Source: Dehalococcoidia bacterium
GTDB lineage: Bacteria > Chloroflexota > Dehalococcoidia > SM23-28-2 > RBG-16-64-32
Direction of reading: 5' to 3'
Assembly (NCBI GenBank): GCA_963665775.2
Contig: CAXXTF010000002.1
Span: forward strand, 992,001 to 1,056,000
Length of the DNA stretch: 64,000 nt
Shown here: piece after piece, positions 41,049 through 48,998 of the stretch
How positions within the stretch are numbered: the stretch's first letter is position 1
Layout of the letters: the number at the start of each line of letters is the position of its first letter
Translations under genes and position numbers: made by a program
Notes under the pieces: generated by a model
Seen by the model: only the letters and a program-made list of their open reading frames with translations
Databases searched by the model: none
What the model was told of the DNA's origin: nothing

Positions 41049-42332
41049 ATGACCAATCCAACAGACCGACCGTTAGCTGCGCCCGACCTCTCCGACCTGA
41101 CCATCGATGGGATGATCAGGGAGCGTTACGACGGCCGCGACGAGCGGGACATTTTCGCTAAGGCGTACGAGTTTACCCTGGCCGAGCAGGCGCGATCCGT
41201 CCAGCTCTACCCCTTCTTCCAACCGCTAGACAAGAACGACGGCCCAGAGGCCCAGATATACGGTCGCCAGGTCCTTATGCTGGGCTCCAACAACTACCTG
41301 GGCCTGACCCGCCACCCCAAGGTCATGGAGGCGGCCCGTGACGCCATCAGCCAGTACGGCAGCTCCATGACCGGATCCCGCCTCCTCAACGGCAGCACAC
41401 ACCTCCACGAAGAGCTGGAGGAGCGAATAGCCCGCTTCCTGGGCAAGGAAGGGGCCCTGGTGTTCACCACTGGCTATCAGGCCAACCTGGGCACCATATC
41501 GTCGCTCGTCGGCCGACACTCCGTCGCCGTCGTCGACAAGTTGGACCACGCCAGCATCTACGACGGTTGCCGTCTGGCCGACGGCGAGATGATCCGCTTT
41601 CGCCACAACGATGCCGACAACCTCGATTCGGTGCTCAAACGCGTGGACAAGGGGAAGGCCTGCCTGGTGATCGTGGATGGTGTATTCAGCATGGGCGGCG
41701 ACATCGTCGACCTGCCACGAATTGCCGAGGTGTGCCGGCGGCATGGCGCTCGGCTCCTGGTAGACGATGCCCACGCTACCGGAGTCCTCGGCCAGGGAGG
41801 GCGGGGCACCGCCAGCCACTTCGGTATAGAGGACCAGGTAGACCTGATCATCGGCACCTTCTCCAAATCGCTCGCCTCCATCGGCGGCTTTGTAGCCGGG
41901 CCCAAAGTCGTCCTGGAATGGATAAAGCACTTCGGCCGCGCTATGATGTTCAGCGCCAGTCTGCCGCCGGCCTCCACTGCGGCGGCCATGGCCTCCCTGG
42001 AGGTTCTGGAGGAGGAGCCGGAGCTGACGCAGAAGCTGCTGCGGCTGGCCGCCCTCCTCCGGGACGGTCTCCGCCAGATCGGCTTCGATGTCGGCGATTC
42101 CCAGACGTCCATCGTCCCCGTCAAAATCGGCGACGAATACGCCACCGTTCTCTTCTGGAAGCTCCTCCTAGAGCACGGCGTCTACACGAACCCCATCATC
42201 TATCCAGCCGTGCCTATCGGCAACGCGATGCTGCGCACCAGCTGCATGGCCACCCACACCCAGGAACAGATCGAGACGGCCCTGGAGCAGTTCCGAGCCG
42301 TCGGTCGCGAGCAAGGGCTCATCGCCGAGTAG
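41049..42332 (+). CDS. spt: Serine palmitoyltransferase-like alpha-oxoamine synthase
   Basis: LYPFF, GSNNYLGLT, GSRLLNG, TGYQANLG, DHASI, DDAH and the PLP-Lys motif GTFSKSLASIGGF (SPT-type, unlike the BioF/Kbl GTL(S/G)KA). Operonic with bCerS- and CerR-like genes. Confidence 0.75.
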   Translation: MTNPTDRPLAAPDLSDLTIDGMIRERYDGRDERDIFAKAYEFTLAEQARSVQLYPFFQPLDKNDGPEAQIYGRQVLMLGSNNYLGLTRHPKVMEAARDAISQYGSSMTGSRLLNGSTHLHEELEERIARFLGKEGALVFTTGYQANLGTISSLVGRHSVAVVDKLDHASIYDGCRLADGEMIRFRHNDADNLDSVLKRVDKGKACLVIVDGVFSMGGDIVDLPRIAEVCRRHGARLLVDDAHATGVLGQGGRGTASHFGIEDQVDLIIGTFSKSLASIGGFVAGPKVVLEWIKHFGRAMMFSASLPPASTAAAMASLEVLEEEPELTQKLLRLAALLRDGLRQIGFDVGDSQTSIVPVKIGDEYATVLFWKLLLEHGVYTNPIIYPAVPIGNAMLRTSCMATHTQEQIETALEQFRAVGREQGLIAE

Positions 42333-42355
42333 CCGAGAGCGGTACACGAAGGGCG

Positions 42356-43489
42356 ATGACGGCGACCGTAACCTCGGTCGACGGCAAAGGCGACCTGGAA
42401 GCCTTCCTCAGGCTGCCCTGGCGGCTCTATGACGGCGACCCGAACTGGGTCCCGCCCCTGCTGCGGCTCCTCCGAGAAGAGCTCTCGCCACGCCACAACC
42501 CGTTCTTCCAGCATGCCGATGTCCAGCTCTTCCTCGCCAGACGCGACGGTCAGGTAGTGGGCCGCCTCTCCGCCCAGATAGATCACGAGCACAATCGGTA
42601 CCACAAAGAGCGCACCGGCTTCTTCGGCTTCTTCGAGGCGGAGAACGACCCGGAGGTCGCCGCGGCCCTCCTGGGCAGGGCCGAGGAGTGGCTCCGCCAG
42701 CGGGGCATGGACCGGGTGCGAGGTCCCCTCAGCTTCTCCATAAACGGCGAGGTCGGCTTCCTGGTCGAAGGCTTCGACTCACCGCCGATGATTATGATGC
42801 CGTACACGCGGCCCCACTATCTCGACCTGCTCGAGCAGAGCGGTTATGTCAAGGCGCAGGACCTCTTCGCCTGGCGCTGGGAGCGTCAGCCGGTCCCTGA
42901 AGGTCCGGCCCGCATTGTGAAGGAGCTTCGTGAGAGGCCGGAGGTGAAGGTGCGGAGGGCCAACCTGCGCCGCTTCGATGAAGAGATGCACACTATCCTC
43001 GATCTGTTCAACGAGGCCTGGAGCGAAACCTGGGGCTTCGTCCCTGCCACTGAGGCCGAGGCGAAGAAGCTGGCCCGGGAGATCCGTCTCATCGCCGACA
43101 CCAATATCGTTCCCATGGTGGAGATCGACGGCAAGGTAGCAGCCGTGGCCCTCGGCCTCCCCAACCTCAACGAGGCGATCCACGACCTGAATGGCCGCCT
43201 CTTCCCCATCGGTTTCATCAAGCTCCTCTGGCGCCTCAAGGTGCGGCGGCCGAAGAACGGGCGTCTCATCCTTCTGGGGGTGAAGAAGGAGTTCCGCAAC
43301 CGACGCTACGCCGGACTGGCCTATCTCCTCTGCGACGAGATCTATCGCGGCGCCAAGGCGAGCGGCTATGAATGGGCGGAGTTCTCCTGGACACTGGAGG
43401 ATAACCGGCTCATTAACACCATGATCCAGAACGTAGGCTGCGAACGCTACAAGACTTATCGCGTCTACGAGAAGGCTCTGGCGACATGA
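42356..43489 (+). CDS. bcerS: Bacterial ceramide synthase-like GNAT N-acyltransferase (bCerS/YghO family)
   Basis: 'FLRLPWRLY..DPNWVPPL', 'NPFF', 'FFGFFE', 'GPLSFSINGEVGFLVEGF..PPMIMMPY', 'WGFVP', 'PNLNE' and 'SWTLEDN'. The real start is ATG 42356, and the ORF-track extension to 41567 is spurious. Confidence 0.78.
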   Translation: MTATVTSVDGKGDLEAFLRLPWRLYDGDPNWVPPLLRLLREELSPRHNPFFQHADVQLFLARRDGQVVGRLSAQIDHEHNRYHKERTGFFGFFEAENDPEVAAALLGRAEEWLRQRGMDRVRGPLSFSINGEVGFLVEGFDSPPMIMMPYTRPHYLDLLEQSGYVKAQDLFAWRWERQPVPEGPARIVKELRERPEVKVRRANLRRFDEEMHTILDLFNEAWSETWGFVPATEAEAKKLAREIRLIADTNIVPMVEIDGKVAAVALGLPNLNEAIHDLNGRLFPIGFIKLLWRLKVRRPKNGRLILLGVKKEFRNRRYAGLAYLLCDEIYRGAKASGYEWAEFSWTLEDNRLINTMIQNVGCERYKTYRVYEKALAT

Positions 43490-44469
43490 GGGTGCTGGTC
43501 ACCGGCGCCACCGGCTTCCTGGGCTCACACATCGCGGAGCAGCTAGCCAGGGACGGCCACAGCGTCCGGACGTTGGTGCGCCGGAGCAGCAACCGCCGCT
43601 TCCTGGCAGCCTTCCCTCATGAAGAGGCGATAGGAGACGTGACCGACCCCTCGTCTCTGCCCCAGGCCCTGGACTCGGTCGATGTCGTAGTCCACGCCGC
43701 CGGTCTCGTGAAGGCCCGCAGCGCCGCCCAGTTCGATGCCGTGAACGCCGGTGGCACGGCCAACCTGCTGGCCGCCGCGGACGAGGCGACACCCGACCTT
43801 CGCCGCTTCGTCTATATCTCCAGCCTTGCCGCTCATGGCCCCAGCGAGGACGGCCGGCCCCGCCCCGTGGACGCCCCAGCCAATCCCCTCACCGCTTACG
43901 GCCGAAGCAAGCTCCGCGGCGAGGAGCTGGTTGGCGCCTGGAGCGGATCGAGCCGCGCCGTGATCATCCGGCCCGCGACGGTCTACGGCCCACGCGATCC
44001 TGGGCTACTGCCGTTCTTCAGCCTGACTCGCTGGCGGCTCGCCCCGCTGCTGATGGGCGGACGCAATCGCATCTCCATCATCTATGCGGAGGACGCCGCC
44101 CGCGCCATCGCCCAGACCTGCACCGCCGAGGCGGAGGTAGCCGGCAAGACCTATTTCCTGGACGACGGCAACGTCTACTCCTGGCGCGACCTCCTGGCCG
44201 CCGTCGAGGAGGCAGTGGGGCACAGGGCACTCCGCCTCAATTCCCCCCACTTTGCCTTCAATGCCGCCGCCCTGGTCAGCGAGACCTACGGCTTCATCCT
44301 GCGCCGCCCCGTCATGCTGACCCGCGAAAAGGTGCTGGAGATGAGCCAGCCCTACTGGGTCTGCTCCTGCGAGATGCTAAGGCAGGACATCGGCTGGTCT
44401 CCCCAGATCGATATCACAGAGGGAGCGAAGCTGACGGCCCAGTGGTATCGGCAGCAGCGCTGGCTCTAG
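43486..44469 (+). CDS. cerR: NAD-dependent epimerase/dehydratase (extended SDR), ceramide reductase-like
   Basis: TGATGFLG, HAAGLVKA, SSLAA, YGRSK and RPATVYGPRD. ATGA overlap with the bcerS-like gene. Confidence 0.65.
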   Translation: MRVLVTGATGFLGSHIAEQLARDGHSVRTLVRRSSNRRFLAAFPHEEAIGDVTDPSSLPQALDSVDVVVHAAGLVKARSAAQFDAVNAGGTANLLAAADEATPDLRRFVYISSLAAHGPSEDGRPRPVDAPANPLTAYGRSKLRGEELVGAWSGSSRAVIIRPATVYGPRDPGLLPFFSLTRWRLAPLLMGGRNRISIIYAEDAARAIAQTCTAEAEVAGKTYFLDDGNVYSWRDLLAAVEEAVGHRALRLNSPHFAFNAAALVSETYGFILRRPVMLTREKVLEMSQPYWVCSCEMLRQDIGWSPQIDITEGAKLTAQWYRQQRWL

Positions 44470-44486
44470 GCTCTAGAAGTCCCGCC

Positions 44487-45575
44487 CTACCGGCCAACAG
44501 GGGGCTCAGGGGCAGCCGCCTCCAGAGCGGAGGCCTCCCCAGGCCCACCAGCAGGCTTCCGCAGGGTGAGGATATCGGCGGGGCGCAGCCGTAAGCCAAA
44601 CGCCGCCATGGGCCCCGCAACGATGTAGGGCAGGACGAAGAACAGGTGCGCGAAGATGGCGTAGGCGGCGGCTTCCGCTTCCCCGACACCGAAGGCGAGC
44701 AGAAGCCCGGCGATCGCCACCTCGAAGACGCCCAGGCCGGCGAACGTAAAGGGCACCGAGAACGCCACAGCCGCGGCCACCACGACCAGCAAATAGACCG
44801 CCGGCGATATCTCCAGTCCCAGCGCTCGGCCAAAGCAGTAGTACATGAAAGCTTCCAGGAGCCAGGCTGCGTGAGCGCTCCAGCCTATCTGAAGGAGGGC
44901 AGATGGCCGGCGCAACGCCTGTAGTCCGTCCGCGAAGCCCTGGATCTCCCGTCCTACCCAGGCGCGCAGCCGTCCCTGCCCCGCTCGATCCGGCGAGACG
45001 GCCCAGCGCCCAGCGTGTGTTATCAGGTGACGAGCGCTAAAGGCGCCCGCAAGGATGAGCGCCCAATAGCCGATGGCCAGAGGCCATAGCATGGCCGCCT
45101 CCTCAAACAGCAGAAACCCCACCACAATGAAGGTGGAGAAGACGACCACATCCGCCAGCTTCTCGGTGACGATCGTCGCCGCAATGCTGGAAGCGTTGAG
45201 CCCAGTGCGCCTGCGCACAACCTGAACGCGAACGATCTCGCCGACGCGGAAGGGGAGAACGATGTTGGTGGATACGCCCAGCAGGGCCGTGCCGAATAGG
45301 AAAGTCACGCCCACATTTCGCATGGGCCTCAGGAGAGCCTGCCAGCGGATGGCACGGAACCAGTCGGAGGCGATATTAGCGGCGAAGGCCAGAGGCAGCC
45401 AGATAAGGTCAGCCTGCCCGATCTGCGCCCGAACAACGGCCCGGTCAACGCTAAGGAGGAGCGCCGTCAGGAGGCCGCCGGCCAGGGCCAGCTGCACCAG
45501 CAGGCGAAGGAGCGGATACACCCCTCGGTGCAGCCTAGGGGCCCCCTCGGCCGCGATCTCCTTCTGGTACTCCAT
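44487..45575 (-). CDS. Lysylphosphatidylglycerol-synthase TM / flippase-like (UPF0104/AglD-like) membrane protein
   Basis: 'RAIRWQALL', 'NIVLPFRVGEIVR', 'EKLAD' and 'VP...GLGVFE'. Confidence 0.82.
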   Translation of the reverse strand: MEYQKEIAAEGAPRLHRGVYPLLRLLVQLALAGGLLTALLLSVDRAVVRAQIGQADLIWLPLAFAANIASDWFRAIRWQALLRPMRNVGVTFLFGTALLGVSTNIVLPFRVGEIVRVQVVRRRTGLNASSIAATIVTEKLADVVVFSTFIVVGFLLFEEAAMLWPLAIGYWALILAGAFSARHLITHAGRWAVSPDRAGQGRLRAWVGREIQGFADGLQALRRPSALLQIGWSAHAAWLLEAFMYYCFGRALGLEISPAVYLLVVVAAAVAFSVPFTFAGLGVFEVAIAGLLLAFGVGEAEAAAYAIFAHLFFVLPYIVAGPMAAFGLRLRPADILTLRKPAGGPGEASALEAAAPEPPVGR

Positions 45576-45763
45576 CTTGCTGGCATTCTAACCGGAGACA
45601 GCCTTACAGTCGATACGCTTCCGAGATACGCCCCCGTACGGGCGGGAAGGAGGTGGCGCCCGGCAAACTCCCCAGCCCCGGATCGTCGAACGTGTTCATG
45701 AGGATCGACCCGCCCGTAGCGTGCTCTCGAACCCCCACCCGATCGGCGGCGAAAATCGAGGGT

Positions 45764-46396
45764 CTATCGCGCCCGCAGGACGCGCTCGGCGGCGATGGCC
45801 GGGAGGAGGAGGAGAAGGGCCCAGGCATAGCCGCCCAGGATGTCGCTGGGCCAGTGGACGCCCAGGTAAACGTTGGCCGGCCCGTTGAAGAGCAGGACGA
45901 CGAGCGAGGAGAGAGCGAGGGGCCAGCGGGCCGCGGTGGCCAGAGGAAGCGCGAAGGATAAGTACAGCAAGAAACCGTACAGGTAGGTGCCGCTCATAAC
46001 GTGGCCCGACGGGAAGCTAGGGCTGGAGAAAGACGCTCGCAGCTCCACCACCTCCGGGTCCGGGCGCGGCCGGTCCACGAGATCCTTGACCCCGACCTGG
46101 AGGAGAGGCAGCAGGACGAGTGCCGCGGCTAGCAGTACCGCCTGCCGCCGATGCCCCCGAGCCCAGAGCACGAGAGCTACAGCCGCCCCGAGGCCGAGGA
46201 CCACCTCGGTGGCGGTGACGGCCCGGATGGCGTCCGAAAGAGGCTCACCGGGGAAAGCGAGGTCCTGAGCCCAGGTAGCAATGCCCGCGTCTCCAGGCAG
46301 CGTATCGTGGGCAGCAGCCAGGGAGGAGAGGGCCACAGTGAGGCTCAAGAGGACCAACCAGAGCCCGACAGCGATGGTCTGAACGGGCGGCGACAT
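45764..46396 (-). CDS. PAP2 family lipid phosphatase
   Basis: K..VDRPRP, SFPSGH and VYLGVHWPSD. Confidence 0.9.
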   Translation of the reverse strand: MSPPVQTIAVGLWLVLLSLTVALSSLAAAHDTLPGDAGIATWAQDLAFPGEPLSDAIRAVTATEVVLGLGAAVALVLWARGHRRQAVLLAAALVLLPLLQVGVKDLVDRPRPDPEVVELRASFSSPSFPSGHVMSGTYLYGFLLYLSFALPLATAARWPLALSSLVVLLFNGPANVYLGVHWPSDILGGYAWALLLLLPAIAAERVLRAR

Positions 46397-46489
46397 GAGC
46401 CTCTCCGGTCGACTTGAGCTGGACAGCGCTTAGGGCGGCGAGACCCCGTTCTCGATCCCCGGCCGGCTCGGGAAGTCGGCTTCCACCGA

Positions 46490-47917
46490 TCAGTGTTCGC
46501 CGCGCAGGCGGTGGATCTTCAGGAAGTTGGTCCAGCCTCGGGCCCGAATGGGGGACGAGCGCGCGACGACTACGGTATCGCGAGGGCGCAGGAGGCGGCG
46601 GGCGGTCAGCGAGGTGTCCGCGGCATCGATCATCTCCTCCGCGCTGCCAGGGAAGGGCAACAGTATAGGGACCACACCCCACGAGAGGGCCAACTGGTTA
46701 TACACCTGCCGGCTGGGGGTGAGGGCGAAAACGGGTACCCTGGGCCTCTCCTTGGACACGAGGCGGGCCGAGTAGCCGCTGCGGGTGAAGACGATGATCG
46801 CATCAGCGGCGATCTCCTGGGCCAGGGTGCAGGCGGCGCGGCCCATAGCATGGGCGTGGCCCAGGCGGCTGAGCTCGGTGTGGGCCGGGAGGGCATCTGC
46901 CGTCTCCGCCTGCACCGCGATCCGGCCCATCATGGCTACGGTCTGGGCCGGATAACGTCCGATCGCCGTCTCGCCGGAGAGCATGACCGCATCGGTGCCA
47001 TCAAGGATGGCGTTGGCCACATCGGAGACCTCGGCGCGGGTGGGCCGTGGACTCTCGACCATCGACTCCAGCATCTGGGTGGCGGTGATGACTAGAATGC
47101 CGGCCTGGTTGGCTCGTCGAATGATCTCCTTCTGCAGCAGGGGCACCTCCTCGAGAGGGAACCCGAGGCCGAGGTCGCCGCGGGCCACCATAACGCCGTC
47201 AGCGGCGGCTATGATCCCGTCCAGGTGATCGATCGCCTCTCGCCTCTCCAGCTTGGCGATGACCGGCAGTCGCCGGCCCCCATCGCTCATGGCCCGCTTG
47301 AGAAGGCGAACGTCGTCGGCGTTCCGGACGAAGGAGAGGGCCACATAGTCCAAGCCAAGGCTAAGACCGAACTTCAGATCAGCGATGTCCTTCTCAGTGA
47401 GGGGAGGGGCGCTCAAGGCCACGTCGGGTAGGTACAGCCCTTGATTCCCCTTGAGCGGGCCGCCCCGGGTCACGCGGGTGAGCACGTCCGGGCCGCTGAC
47501 TGAGAGCACCGTCAGCTCCAGCTCCCCATCGCCCAAGATGATGCGGTCGCCGGGGCTCACCTCGCGCGGGAGCGGCGGATAGCTTACGGGGATCGCGCTC
47601 TTGTCGCTGACGCCAGCTCTGGTTGTAAGGGTCGCCTCCGCCCCTTCCACCAGCAGCCTGGCCTCCCCAACCGAGGAGGCGACGCGGATCTTCGGTCCCT
47701 GAAGGTCCTGTATTATCGCTACCGGCCTCTCCATCTCCTGCGCTAGCCTTCGGACCAGGCGAACGGCGCGGCTGTGTTCGCTCTGGCTGCCGTGGGAGAA
47801 GTTCAGCCGCACCGCGTCGGTGCCGGCCTCGAGAAGGGCACGGACAGCGGCCTCGCCGGCGGTGGAGGGGCCCAGAGTAGCGACGATCTTCGTCCGGCGA
47901 GGGACGGTATCTTCCAT
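46490..47917 (-). CDS. pyk: Pyruvate kinase
   Basis: RRTKIVATLGP, RLNFSHG, DLQGPKIR, MVARGDLG, TATQMLESM and DAVMLSGETA. Confidence 0.97.
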   Translation of the reverse strand: MEDTVPRRTKIVATLGPSTAGEAAVRALLEAGTDAVRLNFSHGSQSEHSRAVRLVRRLAQEMERPVAIIQDLQGPKIRVASSVGEARLLVEGAEATLTTRAGVSDKSAIPVSYPPLPREVSPGDRIILGDGELELTVLSVSGPDVLTRVTRGGPLKGNQGLYLPDVALSAPPLTEKDIADLKFGLSLGLDYVALSFVRNADDVRLLKRAMSDGGRRLPVIAKLERREAIDHLDGIIAAADGVMVARGDLGLGFPLEEVPLLQKEIIRRANQAGILVITATQMLESMVESPRPTRAEVSDVANAILDGTDAVMLSGETAIGRYPAQTVAMMGRIAVQAETADALPAHTELSRLGHAHAMGRAACTLAQEIAADAIIVFTRSGYSARLVSKERPRVPVFALTPSRQVYNQLALSWGVVPILLPFPGSAEEMIDAADTSLTARRLLRPRDTVVVARSSPIRARGWTNFLKIHRLRGEH

Positions 47918-47921
47918 GGGC

Positions 47922-48557
47922 TCAGGGGAGGCTGTCCAAGAGGAACACGCGGGCCGGTGCTCCGTCGGCGCCGACCACTTTCAAGGGGGCGCCGACCAGG
48001 AAGTAGGGGCCCGGCGCCACACGCCGCAGATCCAGCCCCTCCAGGATGACCACTCCCGCCTCCAGAAGGAGCTTGTGCACCTCGTGAGTAGGCGAGCGGA
48101 ACCGCTCGATGGAGAGGTAGTCGATGCCGACCAGGACAATTCCGCGCTGGAGCAGCCAGGGGGCGGCATCGCCGGCGAGGGCGACAAAGTCACTGTGAAA
48201 CTCGGTGTCATCCCAAAAGCGGCCATTGGTGGTCTTGAGGAGGAGGCGCCGGACGTCTGTGGGCAGCCCAGCGCCCTCCAGGTCGGCCGCCGTGATGTGG
48301 TCGGCCCCTGTGTGCTCCATAACGTGGGCGGGGCCCACCAGGGCGTCCAGAGGCAACGCCTCCACAGTTGAGGCACCATCGAGGAAGTGATGGGGGGCGT
48401 CAACGTGGGTGCCGGTGTGGGAGCCAAGGGAGAGGACGCTCACGTTGGCCGAGTCGCCGCGAGCCATACGCGAGGGGAAGTCGAGGCGAGGGCCGGGCTC
48501 GCCGGCGTAAGTCGGCATATCGGGGCGCAGAGCAACGGAGACATCGTAGACGGCCAA
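47922..48557 (-). CDS. Cyclase family protein (kynurenine formamidase KynB-like)
   Basis: HTGTHVDAP.H, GIDYLS and GADGAPAR. TTG start with AAGGAGG. Confidence 0.9.
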   Translation of the reverse strand: MAVYDVSVALRPDMPTYAGEPGPRLDFPSRMARGDSANVSVLSLGSHTGTHVDAPHHFLDGASTVEALPLDALVGPAHVMEHTGADHITAADLEGAGLPTDVRRLLLKTTNGRFWDDTEFHSDFVALAGDAAPWLLQRGIVLVGIDYLSIERFRSPTHEVHKLLLEAGVVILEGLDLRRVAPGPYFLVGAPLKVVGADGAPARVFLLDSLP

Positions 48558-48693
48558 GGGCAGCCTCCTTTACGTTCCTCCACCCATTATGGCATGGGCA
48601 GGGGACGCGTACTACCACTACCCTTGGGCGGGACGAGGGGAAAAGGCCCTACGTCAGGCAACTCCCAGACCGGCCGGCCGCCGAATCGAGCGC

Positions 48694-48815
48694 AAAAAAA
48701 ACGCTCCCCGAGTGACCTTTGGCTCCTCTGGTTGTCGGGTCTCGCCAGGACATCCAGTCGCCCTTCCGCTCGACGATTCCCTCCCGCTGGATTCGCCGCC
48801 GAACGCTCGGAGAGC
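48694..48815 (-). ncRNA. Candidate structured small RNA or attenuator leader, unassigned
   Basis: Begins just after a canonical promoter. 5' GCUCUCCGAG pairs with 3' CUCGGGGAGC, there is an internal AUCCAG/CUGGAU helix, and it ends in U8. Confidence 0.5.
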
Positions 48816-48821
48816 AGCGCT

Positions 48822-48850
48822 ATTGTGCTCTCAGTACGATAGCTTGTCAA
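48822..48850 (-). promoter_or_regulatory. Sigma70-type promoter
   Basis: TTGACA-17 bp-CACAAT on the minus strand. Confidence 0.7.
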
Positions 48851-48998
48851 GGACGTAGCGCGGCTTTCTGGAGGCCTGACCGCCAACGTTCGGCAGGCAT
48901 TCTCGCAAATCGTCTACCAGGCTGGTCCGTTCGCCAGGATGACGAGAGACGGTCACTACAAGAAATGCGAGCCGAACCCTTTTGAAAGCGCTAAGCCG

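Noticed and set aside
41567-42355. 640-aa ORF suggesting a long N-terminal extension of the GNAT
   Set aside because: It is an alternative frame overlapping the spt-like gene with low-complexity translation. Family similarity starts at ATG 42356.
48694-48815. SRP RNA, 5S rRNA, tRNA or a canonical SAM-I riboswitch
   Set aside because: It lacks the SRP CAGG/GNRA/AGCAG motif, the 5S CCGAAC/GAAG signatures and a cloverleaf. SAM-I GCAACC/GGUGC reads ACAACC/GGAGC here. Left unassigned.
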